Shown: positions 20,390 to 29,560 of the stretch, one piece after another
Position numbering within the stretch: the stretch's first letter is position 1
Layout: each line of letters opens with the position of its first letter
Position numbers and translations under genes: made by a program
The notes under the pieces: generated by a model
The model's input: only the letters and a program-made list of their open reading frames with translations
What the model was told of the DNA's origin: nothing
Databases searched by the model: none
DNA from: Planctomycetota bacterium
GTDB lineage: Bacteria; Planctomycetota; OFTM77
Assembly (NCBI GenBank): GCA_029260795.1
Contig: JAJDCO010000092.1
Coordinates: 877 to 64,876, forward strand
Direction: 5' to 3'
DNA length: 64,000 nucleotides

Positions 20390-21877
20390 ATGAACGAGAA
20401 CGCCGCATCGTCGACGGCCGGGAAGGACCATCCCGAGAACCCGCAAGAGAATCCGAGCAGCGAGACGGCTGCGAGCGGAACTCCGGTCCCCGAGACAACG
20501 CCACCCCCCGTGGCGAACGAGGCCTCGGTTCCGGAGACTTCAGCGGCGAGTGAAACGGCTCCCGCGAGCGATTCGGCTCCTGCAGCCTCGGAGGTCCCGA
20601 CCCCGCCAACCCCCTCGCCCGAGCCGAGTGCCGCTGCGGCCGCACCGGTCGCGCCCACCGGCGCCGAGCTGGCCGAGATTGACAGAGAGGTCGAGGAGGC
20701 GCTTTCGGGGCAGAGCGTTCTCGACATCGCGAAGAACGAAGGTCTCGGCAGCGAGATCGAAGGCGCGGACCCGGACGATGAGCGAGCCCGCGTCGGCCGC
20801 ATCGTCGATGCCGGCAAAGCCGATGTCATCGTCGAGTTCGGACCGCGTGAGCAAGGCATCGTACCGGCGTCGCATTTCGCGCAGCCTCCCAGCGTCGGCG
20901 TGCTGATGCGTTTCATCGTCGAGCGATTCGACGAGGAGAACGGCCTCTACGTGCTTTCGCTCAAGAAGCAGGTTCAGAAGTCGAGCTGGGACGAGCTCGA
21001 GGTGGGCCAGGTCATCAAGGCGACGGTCGTTGGCCACAACAAGGGCGGCCTCGAGCTCACGGCCTGCAACCAGCGGGCTTTCATGCCGTTCTCGCAGATC
21101 GCCCTCGAGCGAGTCGACGATCCGGCACCCTTCCTGAACCAGACCTTCGCTTGCGAGGTGGTCGAGCTCGACAAGCCCAAGAAGCGCTTGGTCCTTTCCC
21201 GGCGCATCGTTCTCGAGCGAGATCGCACCGAGACGATGAAGAAGTCGGTGGACACGCTGCAGACGGGCTCGGTGATCAAAGGGAAGGTCACTCGAATCGA
21301 ATCGTTCGGCGCGTTCGTCGACGTCGTCAACGGGGTCGAGGGCCTCGTCCACATCTCGAACCTCTCCCTCTCGCGGGTCGAGAAGGTCGAAGAGGTGGTC
21401 AAGGTCGGCGATGTGATCGACGTCAAGGTGCTCAAGATCGAGAAGGGCGGCAAGCGCATCAGCCTCGGCGTGAAGCAGCTCGCGCCCGATCCGTGGACCT
21501 CCGTCGCCGAACGCTTCACGCCCGAGCAGGCTTACAAAGGCAAGGTGACTCGCACCGCCGATTTCGGTGCCTTCGTCGAGCTGGAGCCCGGAATCGAAGG
21601 GCTCGTTCACATCTCTCAGCTCAGTGATCAGCGCGTGAACTCGGCTGCCTCGGTCGTACAGCCTGGGCAGGAGGTCACGGTGCGGGTGCTGAACATCGAT
21701 CCGGAGAAGAGGCGCATCAGCCTGACCATGCGCACCGATGCGGGCGAGCAGCGGGCGGCGAGCGACGAGGCTGACCGGGATACCGTACGCGAGTACAAGA
21801 ACCCGGCCCGCGGACAGGCGAGCCAGTCGCTCGGCGATCTCTTGCGTCGAGCGATGGATGATGGGGCTTCGAAGTAG
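20390..21877 (+). CDS. rpsA: 30S ribosomal protein S1 paralog (about 4 S1 domains, long P/A/S/E-rich N-terminal extension)
   Basis: NKGGLEL...AFMPFSQ, FGAFVD..GVEGLVHISNL, FGAFVELEPGIEGLVHISQL. TATACT -10-like box at 20286. Confidence 0.8.
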   Translation: MNENAASSTAGKDHPENPQENPSSETAASGTPVPETTPPPVANEASVPETSAASETAPASDSAPAASEVPTPPTPSPEPSAAAAAPVAPTGAELAEIDREVEEALSGQSVLDIAKNEGLGSEIEGADPDDERARVGRIVDAGKADVIVEFGPREQGIVPASHFAQPPSVGVLMRFIVERFDEENGLYVLSLKKQVQKSSWDELEVGQVIKATVVGHNKGGLELTACNQRAFMPFSQIALERVDDPAPFLNQTFACEVVELDKPKKRLVLSRRIVLERDRTETMKKSVDTLQTGSVIKGKVTRIESFGAFVDVVNGVEGLVHISNLSLSRVEKVEEVVKVGDVIDVKVLKIEKGGKRISLGVKQLAPDPWTSVAERFTPEQAYKGKVTRTADFGAFVELEPGIEGLVHISQLSDQRVNSAASVVQPGQEVTVRVLNIDPEKRRISLTMRTDAGEQRAASDEADRDTVREYKNPARGQASQSLGDLLRRAMDDGASK

Positions 21878-22913
21878 GCGCATCGCTCTCGCGAGCGCCT
21901 GCCTCTTGCTGGCGGTGTCGACCGCGGCCTGCGACTCCGGAGACCCGGAGGACGCGGTGGCTGTCGATGCCTCGCCCGCCCCCGATCCGATCGAAGCCAA
22001 GGCGAGCGCCGAACGCGCTCGCCAGATGCTCGACCAGCAGCCGCGCGAGGCGGTGCGACTCTTCGAGCGGGCGATCGCTCACGATCCCGAGAATGCCGAG
22101 CTGCGCCTCGAGCTCGCCGAGCTCCTGATCTTTCGACTCCTCGATTCCGACGCCGCTCGCCCGCAGCTCGAGTGGCTCGATCGCCACGTGAGCTCCGAGA
22201 CCGCCAGCCGCAAGGCTCGGCTGCTGCTCGTGCGATTGGCGCTCTCCGAGAACGATCTCGACGAAGCCGCTCGTCTGGTCGCGGCCATTCGCTCGGCGAC
22301 GCGGAATGCGTCCGACGTGCTCACGCTCCACGCCGAGATCCTCGAAGCCCGCGGCGACATCACGGGCGCCCGAGCCGTCTTCGAAGAGATCTTGTCCGGG
22401 GACGACGCTCGTGCCGCTGCGCGCTTTCAACTCGGGCGCCTCCTCTTGGCCGAGGGAAATACCGAGGGTGCCCGAGAGGCTCTCGACCGCGCGGTCCGGG
22501 ACGATCCCGGGTTGGCCGCCGCTCACCTCGCCTTGGCGCGTTGCCTGAAGATCGCCGGGCAATCCGAGGCCGCCGATCGACATGCCGAGATCCATCGGCT
22601 GCTGACCTTGCTCGATTCGACTCGCCATGTCGACCGGAACGTGGGGGCGGACCGGCGGGAGTCCGCGCTGGCCCGGCTGATCGAGCTGCTTCCCACCTAC
22701 GGCGCGCCGCACTTCCGGTTGGCGAAGCACTACGACGCGACGAAGCGCACCGAGCGGGCGATCGAGGTGATGGAGAAGCTGGTCGCGGCCAAGCCGACGT
22801 CGGCGCGGCCTCTGCGGGAGCTGGCTCGGTATCAGCGCCGCGGGGGAGAGGAAGCGGCCGCCCGACGGACCGAGGAGCGGCTCGAGAGGCTCGAGTCCGA
22901 GCGCGATCGATGA
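21858..22913 (+). CDS. TPR repeat lipoprotein
   Basis: Lipobox TAAC and helical A/L-rich TPR repeats. Overlaps the S1 gene stop and the next start (ATGA). Confidence 0.8.
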   Translation: MMGLRSRRIALASACLLLAVSTAACDSGDPEDAVAVDASPAPDPIEAKASAERARQMLDQQPREAVRLFERAIAHDPENAELRLELAELLIFRLLDSDAARPQLEWLDRHVSSETASRKARLLLVRLALSENDLDEAARLVAAIRSATRNASDVLTLHAEILEARGDITGARAVFEEILSGDDARAAARFQLGRLLLAEGNTEGAREALDRAVRDDPGLAAAHLALARCLKIAGQSEAADRHAEIHRLLTLLDSTRHVDRNVGADRRESALARLIELLPTYGAPHFRLAKHYDATKRTERAIEVMEKLVAAKPTSARPLRELARYQRRGGEEAAARRTEERLERLESERDR

Positions 22914-24646
22914 AGCGCTCCACGTTCGACATCGGGTATCGCGTCGGTGTGGTGGTCGTGCTTCTCGCCCTCGTGATCGGGATCGGATTCCGATTCTTCG
23001 GCTTGGGGAAGATCCTGGGAGACTGGATCACACCGGACCCCGTGAAGCACAGTCGGATTTCAAGTGCCGTGCACTTCGTCGAGCGGGCCGAGGAGATCGG
23101 CCTGACGTTTCGGCACCGCAACGGCGCGACCGGCGAGCACCACATCGCCGAGACGCTCGGGAGCGGCGTCGGTGTCTTCGACTTCGATCGCGATGGCGAC
23201 CTCGACGTCTACCTGGTCCAAAGTGGCCCCCTCTTGGGTGCGGCGGTCGACCCGGGCGCGACCGATCGACTCTTTCGGAACGACTCGGGCCGCTTCGTCG
23301 ACGTGACCGAGTCGGCAGGCCTCACGAGCCCGGGCTACGGCTTCGGTGTGGCGATCGCGGATGCCGACGGGGATGGCTGGGCAGACGTGTTCGTGACGCG
23401 CTGGGGAGCCGACGTCCTGTATCGAAACCGCGGGGACGGGACGTTCGAGGACGTGACGTCGTCGGCCGGTCTGGCCGACGACGGCTTCGCGACGAGCGCG
23501 GCCTGGTTCGATCTCGAGGACGATGGCGATCTCGATCTCTATGTCTGCCACTACGTCGTCTCGGCCGACGTGAGCTCGGCGCCCTGGTGCGGTCGCCGGG
23601 ACGAAGGCCTTCGCTTCACGTGTCATCCGGGGGCCTTCCCGGCCGAGCCGGATCGGCTCTATCGCAACCGCGGGGATGGGACGTTCGAGGACGTCTCGGA
23701 GTCGAGCGGAATCGGTGGTGTGGTGCCGGGGCGCGGGCTGGGCGTCGTCGGTAGCGACATCGATCGAGACGGCGACCTGGATCTCTATGTCGCCAATGAC
23801 ACGACCGAGAACTTCCTGTTCGAGAATCGAGGCGATGGCACGTTCGCAGAGATTGGTGCTCTGGCCGGGGTGGCCTTCAATGCCTTCGGTGAGCCGGAGG
23901 CGGGCATGGGTGTCGATGCCGCCGACGTGGACGGGGATGGGCGTACCGACCTCTTCGTGACCAATCTCTCCGGGGAGACCAACTCGCTCTACCGTCAGGA
24001 GGCCGGAGGTCACTTTCTCGATCGGACCCGCGAGAGCGGGCTCGCCGAGGCGAGCGTCCAATACGTGGGGTTCGGGGCGCGCTTCTTCGATGCGGACAAC
24101 GACGGTGACCAGGACCTCATGGTGGCCAACGGGCACGTGATCGCCAACATCGAGCAGATCCAGCCCATGTACCGGTATCGTCAGCCGAACCTGTACTTCG
24201 TGAATGACGGTACGGGCCGGTTTCTCAACCTGAAGAGCTTCGTGGACGGGCCTTCGGAGCTCGAGGTGGGCCGTGGGATCGCGACCGCCGATCTCGATGA
24301 CGACGGGGACCTCGACATCCTGCTGACCAACAACGACGGTCCGGTGCGCTACCTGGAGAATCGGGTCGCGTCGGGGGACCACTGGATCGGATTCGCCCTC
24401 GAAGGGCAGCCCGGGAATCCGACCGCCGTGGGTACGCAGGTCGTGCTGACGAACGCCGGGAAGCCCTTTGTCCAGGAGGTCCGGGCTGGGGGATCCTATC
24501 TGAGCACGTCGGATCCTCGTGTCCACTTTGGCTTGGGACCTACTCCCTCCGTCGACGCCGTGACCGTCCACTGGCCGGGAGGCAAGACGACGGCGCTTCG
24601 TGATCTGGAGGTCGATCGCTATCATCGAGTGGTCGAACCCGAGTGA
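22910..24646 (+). CDS. CRTAC1 family FG-GAP/VCBS repeat plus ASPIC/UnbV protein
   Basis: Repeated DxDxDGDxD and YRNRGDGTFEDV motifs. GGSYLSTSDPRVHFGLG...VHWPGG (ASPIC/UnbV). Confidence 0.92.
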   Translation: MKRSTFDIGYRVGVVVVLLALVIGIGFRFFGLGKILGDWITPDPVKHSRISSAVHFVERAEEIGLTFRHRNGATGEHHIAETLGSGVGVFDFDRDGDLDVYLVQSGPLLGAAVDPGATDRLFRNDSGRFVDVTESAGLTSPGYGFGVAIADADGDGWADVFVTRWGADVLYRNRGDGTFEDVTSSAGLADDGFATSAAWFDLEDDGDLDLYVCHYVVSADVSSAPWCGRRDEGLRFTCHPGAFPAEPDRLYRNRGDGTFEDVSESSGIGGVVPGRGLGVVGSDIDRDGDLDLYVANDTTENFLFENRGDGTFAEIGALAGVAFNAFGEPEAGMGVDAADVDGDGRTDLFVTNLSGETNSLYRQEAGGHFLDRTRESGLAEASVQYVGFGARFFDADNDGDQDLMVANGHVIANIEQIQPMYRYRQPNLYFVNDGTGRFLNLKSFVDGPSELEVGRGIATADLDDDGDLDILLTNNDGPVRYLENRVASGDHWIGFALEGQPGNPTAVGTQVVLTNAGKPFVQEVRAGGSYLSTSDPRVHFGLGPTPSVDAVTVHWPGGKTTALRDLEVDRYHRVVEPE

Positions 24647-24691
24647 GCTTCGACGATCTCTGCGTGTTCGGGCGCGAAAAGGACTGACACC

Positions 24692-26884
24692 ATGGCGACC
24701 TCGAATCCCGCTGATCGACGTTGGTTCGAAGAGAAGTGGATCCTGAGCTTACTCTTCGTGACCTTCGGCTGTGGCGGTGAGGAGCCGGGTGCGGACTCGT
24801 CCCCGAAGCTGACTGAGATGGAGCAGCGCCTGGCCAAGATCGCGCAGGAGGCGGAGGTCGACAATCCGTACTTCGAAACGGCCAGCCGAGCCGAGGCGCG
24901 AAAGGCGCTCGAAGCCTTGCCCGCCGAAGGCGCGCCCCGGCGGCGTTGGCGCGCGCTGTTCGATCTCGGTACGCACGAGCTGCGACTGGGTGAGTTCGAA
25001 GCGTCGGTCGAGCACCTCGAGGCGGCGTGGGCGCTCGCCGATCGCCCGGGCGCTCCGGTTCGTCCCGGCGAGCGCGTCCAGACGCTGTTTCTCTTGGCGG
25101 TGGCCAACCTGCGCTTCGGGGAGGTCCAGAACTGCATCGCGCGCCACACGAGCCGGAGCTGCATCTTTCCGATCCAGGGCGATGGGATCCACGTGGATCA
25201 AGCCGGTTCGCGGCGAGCGATGGAGCTCTTGCTCGTCCTGCTCGAGCGGCAGCCGAAATCCATGAGCTCCCGCTGGCTTCTGAACCTCGCCGCAATGACC
25301 GTCGGTGGCTTTCCCGACTTGGTTCCCGAGCCCTGGCGACTCCCCGACGGGGCCGTCGAGGCGGGCTTCGCGTTTCCGCGCTTCACGGACATCGCGCCCG
25401 AGCTCGGCATCAACGACAACGACCTCTCGGGCGGCGCGGTCGTCGAGGATCTCGACAACGATGGCGACCTCGACATCGTGACCTCGTCGCTGGACCCGTC
25501 CGTGCCGCTCAGCTTCTACCGAAACGACGGGGGCGGTGTCTTCGTGCAGCGTCGCAAGGAATCGGGCCTCCAGCACATTCTGGGTGGCCTGAATCTGATC
25601 CAGGCGGACTACGACAACGATGGCTGGATCGATCTGCTGGTGCTGCGCGGCGCGTGGTGGGGAAACAACGGCCGGCATCCCAACTCGCTGCTGCGGAATC
25701 TCGGCGACGGTCGTTTCGAGGACGTCACGATCGCGGCTGGGCTCGCGGATCCGGCCACTGCGACTCAAACCGCGAGCTGGGGCGACTACGACCTGGATGG
25801 CGATCTCGACCTCTATGTCGGCAACGAGTCGAACGAAGAGCATCCGTTTCCTGGACAGCTCTTTCGCAACGACGGCGACGGAACGTTCACCGACGTGGCG
25901 GCGGCGGCCGGCGTGACCAATGATCGCTACGCCAAGTCGGTGATCTTCGGCGACGCCGACGGCGATCGCTGGCCCGACCTCTACCTGTCGAATCTGTTCG
26001 GGCCGAACCGGCTGTACCACAACAACGGCGACGGGACGTTCACGGATCGAGCTGAGGCGTTGGGCGTGACGGAGCCGACCTACAGCTTTCCTGCCTGGTT
26101 CTTCGACGCCAACAACGATGGGCACCTGGACATCTTCGTCTCCGAGTACCGCACCGATGTCGAGACCTGGGCGAAGAGCTTCTGGGGGATGCCCAATGCG
26201 TCGGAGCGGAACCGGCTGTATCTGAATGACGGACAGGGTGGCTTTCGGGACGAGGCCTCGGCGTGGGGACTCACGCGCATGACGGTTTCGATGGGCGCGA
26301 GCTTCGGTGATCTCGACGGCGACGGCTGGCCGGACTTCTATCTCGGGACGGGGTTCCCCGAGTACCACGCCGTGATGCCGAACGTGATGTATCGAAACCG
26401 GAATGGGGCGGGATTCGAGGAGGTCACGATCGCAGGCGGCTTCGGGCATCTGCAAAAGGGGCACGGTGTCGCTTTCGCCGACGTCGATGGCGACGGTGAC
26501 CAAGACGTCTTCGAGCAGATGGGGGGCGCTTACCCTGGCGACACGTTTGGCAACGCCCTCTACGAGAACCCGGGCTTCGGCCACCGCTGGTTGAAGGTGC
26601 GCTTGGTCGGACAGCGCTCGAATCGCTTCGGCGTCGGCTGTCGCATCGGCATCACGATCGAAGAAGCCAACGAAGAGCGCACCGTCTGGGCGTGGGTCAA
26701 CAGCGGAGGCTCGTTCGGAGCGCGCACGCTGCGACGCGAGATCGGCCTCGGCGACGCCGAGCGCATCATCCGCCTCGCCGTCGACTGGCCTGCGAGCGAC
26801 ACGACTCAGTTCTTCGAGAGCGTGCCGCTCGATTCCTTCGTGCGTATCACCGAAGGTGAGGATGAGCTTGAGATCGTGAGGTAG
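24692..26884 (+). CDS. CRTAC1 family lipoprotein with an N-terminal helical/TPR region
   Basis: TFGC lipobox, GEVQNC...SCIFPI, DxDNDG repeats, FGHLQKGHGVAFAD, SGGSFGA...IGLG. Confidence 0.9.
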   Translation: MATSNPADRRWFEEKWILSLLFVTFGCGGEEPGADSSPKLTEMEQRLAKIAQEAEVDNPYFETASRAEARKALEALPAEGAPRRRWRALFDLGTHELRLGEFEASVEHLEAAWALADRPGAPVRPGERVQTLFLLAVANLRFGEVQNCIARHTSRSCIFPIQGDGIHVDQAGSRRAMELLLVLLERQPKSMSSRWLLNLAAMTVGGFPDLVPEPWRLPDGAVEAGFAFPRFTDIAPELGINDNDLSGGAVVEDLDNDGDLDIVTSSLDPSVPLSFYRNDGGGVFVQRRKESGLQHILGGLNLIQADYDNDGWIDLLVLRGAWWGNNGRHPNSLLRNLGDGRFEDVTIAAGLADPATATQTASWGDYDLDGDLDLYVGNESNEEHPFPGQLFRNDGDGTFTDVAAAAGVTNDRYAKSVIFGDADGDRWPDLYLSNLFGPNRLYHNNGDGTFTDRAEALGVTEPTYSFPAWFFDANNDGHLDIFVSEYRTDVETWAKSFWGMPNASERNRLYLNDGQGGFRDEASAWGLTRMTVSMGASFGDLDGDGWPDFYLGTGFPEYHAVMPNVMYRNRNGAGFEEVTIAGGFGHLQKGHGVAFADVDGDGDQDVFEQMGGAYPGDTFGNALYENPGFGHRWLKVRLVGQRSNRFGVGCRIGITIEEANEERTVWAWVNSGGSFGARTLRREIGLGDAERIIRLAVDWPASDTTQFFESVPLDSFVRITEGEDELEIVR

Positions 26885-26903
26885 CGAGGCGCGGGACCGG
26901 CGC

Positions 26904-27626
26904 TCAGGTCTCGCGCAGATCGACGAGCCAGACGGGCACGTCGAGCGTCGGTAATACGGCTCCGACGAGATCGATCCACGCGCGGCACTGGTTCAAGATC
27001 ACGCGATCCGCCGTCGCCACGACGTGCTCACTCGCAGCGAGGAGCGGGTCGGGGTCGCGCACGAGCTCGACGCTCCACGGCCAATTCCTCGCCCTCGCCA
27101 CCGACTCGATCGTTTCCTTCAATCGCGCGCTGTTCGAGACGGGCCGATCGAGCAGCCAATGAGCACGTGCACATCCGACCGCGTCCAGGAGGTTGCCGAT
27201 CGCCTCGAGGGCCGGGATCGTCTCCTCGACCTGACGATAGGTGCCGTGGATCGCGGCCAGATCGCGATGAGAGCCGTCGCGCGTGACGAGAACGACGCCA
27301 CCACTGAGAGCGGTCTCTAGGCTGGTCAGGATGTTGTAACCGTCGATGTCGAGTGGTTTGTCGACGAGGCGCTCGAACGAGATTCGGCGTTGCAGGCGCG
27401 TGGCGGCATCCTCATCGGAGGCCGCCACGCTCGAAACGGACTTTCGCTGCCGCTGCGTGAGCCGAAACCGATCCCCGACGAGCTTCAGCGCCGCCGCGTC
27501 GGGATAGCCCCGCGACTGCAGCCAGCTGAGGTCATGGACGGACTCGCAAAGGCGTGAGAGCATTTCCGGCGCGAAGGCCTGCGCGTCCTCCGGCGCGGGC
27601 CCGCGATGACGTCGACGGTCGGGCAT
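26904..27626 (-). CDS. DUF434/DUF5616 family protein (PIN/NYN-like)
   Basis: HRGPAPED, LSWLQSRGYP..AALKLVGDRFRL, IDGYN, LDRPVSNS, VATAD..IL. Confidence 0.85.
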   Translation of the reverse strand: MPDRRRHRGPAPEDAQAFAPEMLSRLCESVHDLSWLQSRGYPDAAALKLVGDRFRLTQRQRKSVSSVAASDEDAATRLQRRISFERLVDKPLDIDGYNILTSLETALSGGVVLVTRDGSHRDLAAIHGTYRQVEETIPALEAIGNLLDAVGCARAHWLLDRPVSNSARLKETIESVARARNWPWSVELVRDPDPLLAASEHVVATADRVILNQCRAWIDLVGAVLPTLDVPVWLVDLRET

Positions 27627-27678
27627 GCGCCGCAGTGTAGCGGTCACTCACTCTCGAGAGAAGCCGGTCGACGGATGG

Positions 27679-29367
27679 TCACTGCACGGTGAACGAACGG
27701 GTCTTCGCAATCGAGAGAACCGTCCCCGTGGTGAGATCCCAGGCTAGGCCCGACGTGTAGAGTGCCGTTCCCACGGGCACGGCGACCGGGATCGACAGCG
27801 GCTGAGTCGATACTCCCGAGCAGCCCTGGAGCGTCACGCCTCGGAAGGCGGCCGGAAGTGAGCACCACAGAGTCAGCGTTTGGTCCTGTGCGAGACCCAT
27901 GTATCGGCCACCGGAAGACGGGACCCAGATGCCGCCTTGGTCGGCGCCGTCACTCGAGCTCAAGAGCACCTCGGCGAGCAAGCCGTTGAGTGAGACGGGT
28001 GCTCGGGAGGTGAGGCTGATGGGCGGTCCTCCGGCGATGGGAGCGCCGTTCAGGGCCCAATCGTGCCCTCGCTCGTCAGCACCGATGTCGAGGGTTCCCA
28101 AGATCCGCGCATCCAAACCGCTGTGATCGAAGGGCGGCAAGCTGGCCGGAGGCAACACCGGGCCCGCGTCGATGCACGGCGAGCCGCACTGGAGCTCGAG
28201 CTGCCCACTAGCCGGATCGACGAAGAGGGGATCCGCGTTGATGTTGCCGAGGCCCGCGTAGCCGCCCTGGACGTCGCAGTACTCGACCGTCACGGTATCG
28301 CCCCGGCTGATGATCAGCTCCGCAGGCGTGTCGTTCCAGAGGATCGAGTTACGGATCGTGACCGTCGCGCCATAGGAGTACTTGTAGGAATAGACACCAC
28401 CGCTTCCTGCACCTGCGGCTTTGCCGCTCAACGTGGAGTTCGTCAGGGTGAGCTTCTGGCCGGGAATCCCGAAGCACGAAGCGGCGCCCCCGCCAGTCCC
28501 CGTGGTCGCGTTGTTCCGGAGAATCGAGTTGACGATCTGCACGTCGGCGGTCGAGGCCAGATCGACCCCTCCGCCACCCCCTCTGGACATGTTGCCACTC
28601 AATGTGGAGCTCTCGATGCGAACCTGAGAGTTGAGCACAGCCATCCCGCCACCGACGTAGGTCGACGTGTTGCCGTCGATGATCGTGTGGCGAACAGAGG
28701 CGGTTCCGAAGACGTCGTTCTGAAGGGCGAGGCCGCCTCCGAACAACGCCGAGTTGCCGGTGATGGTCGTATTCTCGAACGTCGCGCCCGCCGAGAGGTA
28801 GGAGTTGAATCCCCCTCCGGCATAGTAGGCCGAGTTTCCGCTGATGGTCGAGTCGACGATCGTGGGCGCAGAGGAGAGACCGGCGTAGATTCCGCCTCCC
28901 TTACCACACGGAAAGGGACCCGGGCTCGAGTTCGCGGTAATCGTGCTGCTGAGGATCGTGGGAGAGGAGTTGAAACAGTAGACGCCGGCTTCCGCGCAGG
29001 CAGACCCGTTCGTGATCGTGAAGCCTTCCAGGACCGAGCTGCCATCTTCACCGCTCTGAAACGAGACGACCGAGCCGGCGCCGTTGCCATCGATCGTGGT
29101 CAATGCGGCGCCCGAAGCGGAGCGCACTTGGATCGCCTTGCCGAGAAAGTCGATGCTCTCGACATAGGAGCAGGCCGCGACTTCGATGACATCCCCGCTG
29201 GCTGCGGCCAGGATCGCATCTTGGATCTTGCAATAGGGGTCGGCCATGCTGCCGGATCCCGGACAGCTCGGATTGGTGCAATCGACGAAAATCGTGGTCT
29301 GGGCGTGCGCAGCGCTGGCGAGTAGCAGCAGGAGTCCACAGAGCCGGGTCATCGTCGTCTCCGTCAT
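27679..29367 (-). CDS. secreted right-handed parallel beta-helix protein (DUF1565/choice-of-anchor Q-like)
   Basis: Signal peptide, GS.ADPYCKIQDAI, repeated GGG/ISGNSA turns, GNINADPLFVD...SPCIDAG. Confidence 0.85.
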   Translation of the reverse strand: MTETTMTRLCGLLLLLASAAHAQTTIFVDCTNPSCPGSGSMADPYCKIQDAILAAASGDVIEVAACSYVESIDFLGKAIQVRSASGAALTTIDGNGAGSVVSFQSGEDGSSVLEGFTITNGSACAEAGVYCFNSSPTILSSTITANSSPGPFPCGKGGGIYAGLSSAPTIVDSTISGNSAYYAGGGFNSYLSAGATFENTTITGNSALFGGGLALQNDVFGTASVRHTIIDGNTSTYVGGGMAVLNSQVRIESSTLSGNMSRGGGGGVDLASTADVQIVNSILRNNATTGTGGGAASCFGIPGQKLTLTNSTLSGKAAGAGSGGVYSYKYSYGATVTIRNSILWNDTPAELIISRGDTVTVEYCDVQGGYAGLGNINADPLFVDPASGQLELQCGSPCIDAGPVLPPASLPPFDHSGLDARILGTLDIGADERGHDWALNGAPIAGGPPISLTSRAPVSLNGLLAEVLLSSSDGADQGGIWVPSSGGRYMGLAQDQTLTLWCSLPAAFRGVTLQGCSGVSTQPLSIPVAVPVGTALYTSGLAWDLTTGTVLSIAKTRSFTVQ

Positions 29368-29512
29368 GGTGAGAGGTACTCCCCGACGCCACGAGGGTCG
29401 TCTATCGACCCGGATCCGCGAGACCGCACGATTGTTTCAGCCCGTGCTCGAAAAACCTCGAAAAGTGCCGACCGGACGTCTGCGCTGGAGTGCGTACTGT
29501 CGAAGGTTGGAT

Positions 29513-29537
29513 CCCCTGGGACCGCGGGCGGCCCGCC
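29513..29537 (+). repeat. isolated copy of the REP-like repeat
   Basis: CCCCTGGGACCGCGGGCGGCCCGCC, matching the 7.9-8.3 kb cluster, just past the DUF1028 gene stop. Confidence 0.7.
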
Positions 29538-29560
29538 TTCGGAGGCGTCGGCCGATCGGC

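Noticed and set aside
22910-26884. Enediyne biosynthetic cluster (UnbV homologs)
   Set aside because: No PKS or thioesterase genes. ASPIC/UnbV proteins are commonly expanded in such genomes.
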